32,000 nt of DNA. Origin: Polynucleobacter necessarius. GTDB lineage: Bacteria; Pseudomonadota; Gammaproteobacteria; Burkholderiales; Burkholderiaceae. Position numbers and translations under genes: made by a program. Below the pieces are notes generated by a model. It was not told where the DNA came from. It saw nothing but the letters and a program-made list of their open reading frames with translations, and did not search any database. How positions within the stretch are numbered: position 1 is the stretch's first letter; every line of letters starts with the position of its first letter. The stretch is from contig NZ_LT606950.1 of assembly GCF_900095195.1 (NCBI RefSeq), forward strand, positions 300,001 to 332,000, in the 5' to 3' direction. Of this stretch, positions 28,466 to 32,000 are shown in pieces.

Positions 28466-29226
28466 ATGACAGCAAATTACCTTCTGGAGCTCGGTATCAA
28501 TATTGATCACGTTGCTACATTACGCAATGTTCGGGGTACGGTTTATCCAGATCCGATCAAGGTAGCCCAATTGGCTGAAGAAGCTGAGGCTGATTTAATT
28601 ACCTTGCATCTTCGTGAGGACCGACGCCATATTAAAGATGCGGATCTAATCGCGCTACGCCCATTGATCAAGACGCGCATGAATTTGGAGTGTGCGGTTA
28701 CACCTGAAATGCTCATATTGCGTGTCAAGTGAAGCCACACGATGTGTGTTTAGTGCCTGAGAAGCGTGAAGAGGTGGCCACTGAGGGTGGCCTTGATGTT
28801 GTGGGCCATTTTGCGGCAGTGAAAGCGGCAACGGCACAGTAGCAAGAAGCCGGTATCAGGGTGTCCTTATTTATTGACCCGGAAGAAAAGCAAATTCAGG
28901 CGGCAAAGGATGTCGGTGCTACTGTAGTGGAATTGCATACCGGACGTTACGCCGATTTGGGGGGCGCTGAACAAGCGCAAGAGCTAGAGCGTATCCGTCA
29001 AGCGGCGAAGCTTGGAAAAAGTATTGGGCTTCGAGTCAATGCTGGCCATGGCTTGCATGAGGGTAACGTCGTGCCAATTGCGGCGATTGAGGAGCCATCC
29101 GAACTTAATATTGGCCATGTCATCGTGGCAGAAGCTCTCTTCAAGGGCTGGCAAAATGCCATCGAAGATATGAAAGCCTTGATGGCTCGAGGTCGTCATA
29201 AAGACCATATTCATCCATTGAAATAG
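28466..29226 (+). pseudogene. pdxJ: Pyridoxine 5'-phosphate synthase PdxJ, with a frameshift and an in-frame stop
   Basis: ORF 28466-28732 reads [28 protein letters not shown].. and ends prematurely. The reading continues in another frame ([28 protein letters not shown]..), so there is a frameshift near 28714. It then hits TAG at 28840-28842 just before ..[33 protein letters not shown] (ORF 28861-29226). Confidence 0.88.
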
Positions 29227-29234
29227 AACGCCCG

Positions 29235-29627
29235 ATGATTATTGGTATTGGCACAGATACATTGCAGATCGAGCGCTTACAAGCGGCCTACGATCGCACC
29301 CAGGGTCGATTAGCTGAGAGAATTCTTGGCCCCGATGAGATGAAGGTGTTTCAGCATCGTCTTGCCAGAAATCACAAGCGCGGTATGGCATTTTTAGCGA
29401 CTCGATTTGCAGCCAAAGAAGCGTTTTCAAAAGCGATTGGTCTGGGCATGCGCATGCCGATGACCTGGCGTTCCTTGCAAACCTTGAATGAGCCTAGCGG
29501 AAAACCGATCACTACCTATTTGGGAGCCTTAGCGCAATTTATGAAGGAAAAAAACTGGGAAGCGCAGGTTACCGTAAGCGATGAACAAAATATGGCTATT
29601 GCGCATGTCATTGTTACGCAAAAGTAA
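29235..29627 (+). CDS. acpS: Holo-ACP synthase (4'-phosphopantetheinyl transferase)
   Basis: 130 aa with MIIGIGTDTLQIERL... and FAAKEAFSKA. Confidence 0.92.
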   Translation: MIIGIGTDTLQIERLQAAYDRTQGRLAERILGPDEMKVFQHRLARNHKRGMAFLATRFAAKEAFSKAIGLGMRMPMTWRSLQTLNEPSGKPITTYLGALAQFMKEKNWEAQVTVSDEQNMAIAHVIVTQK

Positions 29628-29686
29628 ATCACGGAATATTTTTAACCATTATTAAAACGCTCGATTACCGATATCCAGAGGAAAAG

Positions 29687-30763
29687 ATGACTGTAGCCAC
29701 CATGAAACCAGGCCCAATTATCTTGGACGTAATAGGTCAGACACTGAATGCAGAAGACCGTCGTCGTATCTTGCATCCACTGACTGGCGGTGCCATTTTG
29801 TTCGGTCGCAATTTTGCCAATCGCCAACAACTCACCAAATTAACATCCGATATCAAAAAGCTGCGCCCCGATGTCTTGATTTCGATTGATCACGAGGGTG
29901 GTCGAGTACAGCGTGCCAAGACCGGTGGCTTTACCCATTTACCTGCAATGCGCAAGCTAGGGGAGTTGTGGGGCGCAAAACATAAATCCACTCATGCGGC
30001 TGAGTCTGCTGCATTGGCTATGGCGGCAGCGACTGCCTGTGGATATGTGTTGGCTACAGAGTTGCGTGCGTGTGGGGTCGACTTTAGTTTTACGCCAGCA
30101 CTGGATTTGGATTTCGGTCGCAGCGGTGTCATCGGTGATCGTTCATTTAGCCGTGATCCGCAAATCGTGTTTGCCCTTGCAAAGAGTTTGAACGAAGGTT
30201 TGCGACTGGGTGGCATGGCAAATTGCGGCAAGCATTTTCCAGGTCACGGCTGGGCTGAAGCAGATTCACATGCTGCCATTCCAGTCGATGAGCGTTCTTT
30301 AGCCGAAATCCTAAACGACGATGCCAAGCCCTATGAATGGTTAGATCTGAGTTTGGCAGCGGTGATGCCGGCGCACGTGATTTATCCCAAAGTCGATCAG
30401 AACCCAGCCGGCTTTTCTAAAATCTGGTTGCATTCGATCTTGCGTCAAGAACTAGGATTTGAGGGCGTGATTTTCAGTGATGATCTGTCGATGGAGGGTG
30501 CAAGTGTTGCTGGATCGGTAGTGAAAGGCGCCGAAATGGCTTTGGATGCAGGCTGCGATGCAGCGTTAATTTGTAATCGTCCTGATTTGGCAGATCAATT
30601 GCTCAGCAAGTTAACGGTTTCTAAGCAAAAACAAGCAGAGTCTGCTGTTCGATTAAATCGCCTCATGCCGAGCTCACCGGCGCTTTCGTGGAATGCGTTG
30701 CAAAAAGAGGCTGAGTATCAGCATGCGAAGGGCTTGCTGAAGCAGTTCAAGTTGATTGCATAA
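29687..30763 (+). CDS. nagZ: Beta-N-acetylhexosaminidase NagZ (GH3, peptidoglycan recycling)
   Basis: 358 aa with ILFGRNF, SIDHEGGRVQR, KHFPGHG and VIFSDDLSMEGA. The start could be the Met at 29702 instead. Confidence 0.92.
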   Translation: MTVATMKPGPIILDVIGQTLNAEDRRRILHPLTGGAILFGRNFANRQQLTKLTSDIKKLRPDVLISIDHEGGRVQRAKTGGFTHLPAMRKLGELWGAKHKSTHAAESAALAMAAATACGYVLATELRACGVDFSFTPALDLDFGRSGVIGDRSFSRDPQIVFALAKSLNEGLRLGGMANCGKHFPGHGWAEADSHAAIPVDERSLAEILNDDAKPYEWLDLSLAAVMPAHVIYPKVDQNPAGFSKIWLHSILRQELGFEGVIFSDDLSMEGASVAGSVVKGAEMALDAGCDAALICNRPDLADQLLSKLTVSKQKQAESAVRLNRLMPSSPALSWNALQKEAEYQHAKGLLKQFKLIA

Positions 30764-30787
30764 ATTGAGCGCATAACCTAAACAAAA

Positions 30788-30816
30788 GAAAAAAGCCCGG
30801 CATGCCGGGCTTTTGC
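30788..30816. terminator. Bidirectional intrinsic terminator between convergent nagZ and efp
   Basis: The sequence is aaaaaaGCCCGGCAUGCCGGGCuuuug: a perfect palindromic GC-rich hairpin flanked by an A-run and a T-run. Confidence 0.8.
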
Positions 30817-30834
30817 CTATTTGTAGCTGACTAC

Positions 30835-31395
30835 TTAGTTAGCACGGCTACGATATTCGCCAGTACGAGTATCGATCTCAATCTTATCACCTGTGTTACA
30901 GAATAAAGGTACTTGCAATTCATAGCCGGTAGCCAATTTTGCTGTCTTCAATACTTTGCCTGAGCTCGTATCGCCTTTCACTGCAGGTTCTGTGTAAGTA
31001 ATCTCGCGTACTAAGGAATTTGGCATCGCAACTGAGAGTGCTTTGCCTTCGTAGAACACTACTTCGCATGGCATGCCTTCTTCGAGGTAGTTCAAAGCAT
31101 CGCCCATGTATTCGGATTCCACTTCATATTGGTTGTAATCACCATCCATGAAAACGTACATCGGATCAGCAAAGTAAGAATAAGTGCATTCTTTTTTATC
31201 CAGAATGACCACATCAAACTTGTCATCCGCTTTGTAAACACCTTCGTTGGGGGCGCTGGTTAACAAATTCTTAAATTTCATTTTCACAACGGAGGAGTTG
31301 CGACCTGAGCGGCTGTATTCGGCCTTTAAGACGACCATGGCATCAGCGCCAATCATCACTACGTTACCAACGCGGAGTTCTTGTGCTGTTTTCAT
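30835..31395 (-). CDS. efp: Elongation factor P, Arg32 (EarP-modified) type
   Basis: [45 protein letters not shown].. has the loop SGRN with Arg at position 32 instead of the Lys34 loop (PGKG). The remainder is typical EF-P. Start taken at the internal Met at 31395. Confidence 0.93.
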   Translation of the reverse strand: MKTAQELRVGNVVMIGADAMVVLKAEYSRSGRNSSVVKMKFKNLLTSAPNEGVYKADDKFDVVILDKKECTYSYFADPMYVFMDGDYNQYEVESEYMGDALNYLEEGMPCEVVFYEGKALSVAMPNSLVREITYTEPAVKGDTSSGKVLKTAKLATGYELQVPLFCNTGDKIEIDTRTGEYRSRAN

Positions 31396-31483
31396 ATTTG
31401 CTATTCCTGGGAGCAGAATGCTTAATCTGCGGTTTTTATCAAAACCAAGATTGTAACCGCCTGTAAGGCACTTTAGCCGGGGT

Positions 31484-32000
31484 CTAGGACACAAACCGCA
31501 ATAGACGGGTCACTAAGTCACCATCACCCTGATTTTGGAGTAATTGGGCGCGCCATTCTTTAGCATGCGTGCCCCATGGATCGAGGAGGTCTAGCCACTC
31601 GCTTGGCATGGCCCATGTCATCGCCGCAATGATCGCAAGCCGTAGCTCCTGAGAGGCATCCGCGAGATAAAGATCTAAAAATGCAGCCAATTTCACCTCA
31701 TGTGCACGATCTTCTTGAGGGTAGATGTGCCAAATAAATGGCTTGCCAACCAATTGTGCTCGAATGAAAGAATCTTCGCCCCGCACAATATTGAAATCGC
31801 ATTGCGATAACACCCAGTCGTAATGGTCTTGTGAGACAAACGGAATTGAAATCAATTGCACATTGTTCGGTATTTCAAATGGCTGTTCCCCATAAAGATG
31901 GAGATGCTCTGCATGGCCATGAGTGAGAATGACATCCACTTCAATACCCAAGTTGCCCAGGTCTAGCAACCATTTACGCAATGGCGCGCCGGGATAACAG
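31484..32000 (-). CDS. earP: EF-P arginine-32 rhamnosyltransferase EarP, C-terminal part; 5' end lies outside the window
   Basis: ..[43 protein letters not shown].. matches my recollection of the EarP/DUF2331 family. The frame stays open upstream of 31981 to the window edge (..[10 protein letters not shown]..). It sits directly upstream of efp. Confidence 0.8.
   Translation of the reverse strand, partial: CYPGAPLRKWLLDLGNLGIEVDVILTHGHAEHLHLYGEQPFEIPNNVQLISIPFVSQDHYDWVLSQCDFNIVRGEDSFIRAQLVGKPFIWHIYPQEDRAHEVKLAAFLDLYLADASQELRLAIIAAMTWAMPSEWLDLLDPWGTHAKEWRAQLLQNQGDGDLVTRLLRFVS

Noticed and set aside
1-32000. A scan for CRISPR repeats, tRNA or rRNA genes, IS or transposase or integrase genes, phage genes, toxin-antitoxin pairs and defence islands, including the inversion junctions at about 7915 and about 15443.
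   Set aside because: I found none by reading both strands. All substantial ORFs are accounted for by housekeeping genes or their remnants. The remaining track ORFs (for example 1214-1411, 1801-2034, 2106-2396, 17733-17981, 21581-21973, 22691-23275, 24959-25432) are antisense or out-of-frame shadows of confidently assigned genes.

Overview
This window reads as a core housekeeping region of a moderately AT-rich betaproteobacterium. Gene content and order are Burkholderiaceae-like. Given the heavy pseudogene load, my best guess is a genome-eroding Polynucleobacter-type lineage; that is inference from protein motifs and synteny, with no search run.

The backbone is two classic conserved blocks. 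The first is rne / rluC / maf / yceD-rpmF-plsX-fabH-fabD-fabG-acpP-fabF. The second is degP(mucD)-lepA-lepB-rnc-era-recO-pdxJ-acpS-nagZ. They are flanked by folA-thyA, fdxA, and an efp-earP pair.

I see no mobile elements, CRISPR arrays, tRNA/rRNA genes, or defence or secretion islands, and I cannot support a new multi-gene system here.

What stands out is decay and rearrangement:
- An inversion of about 7.5 kb (about 7915 to 15443) has breakpoints inside moaA and yceD. Both junctions can be rejoined in frame at nucleotide resolution, and re-inverting restores the E. coli-type gene order.
- The whole molybdenum-cofactor cluster (moaA, mobA, moeA) is a string of frameshifted pseudogenes.
- pdxJ, a TrxR-like ferredoxin-NADP reductase, a 2-hydroxyacid dehydrogenase and a parvulin PPIase are also pseudogenes, while the essential genes between them stay intact.

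Secondary observations:
- An EarP/EF-P(Arg32) rhamnosylation pair.
- A long hairpin-rich rne leader.
- The sigma-E module is missing from its usual place upstream of degP.
- A probable 2-bp duplication remodels the fabD 3' end.
- The 59-aa rpmF gene is absent from the ORF track.
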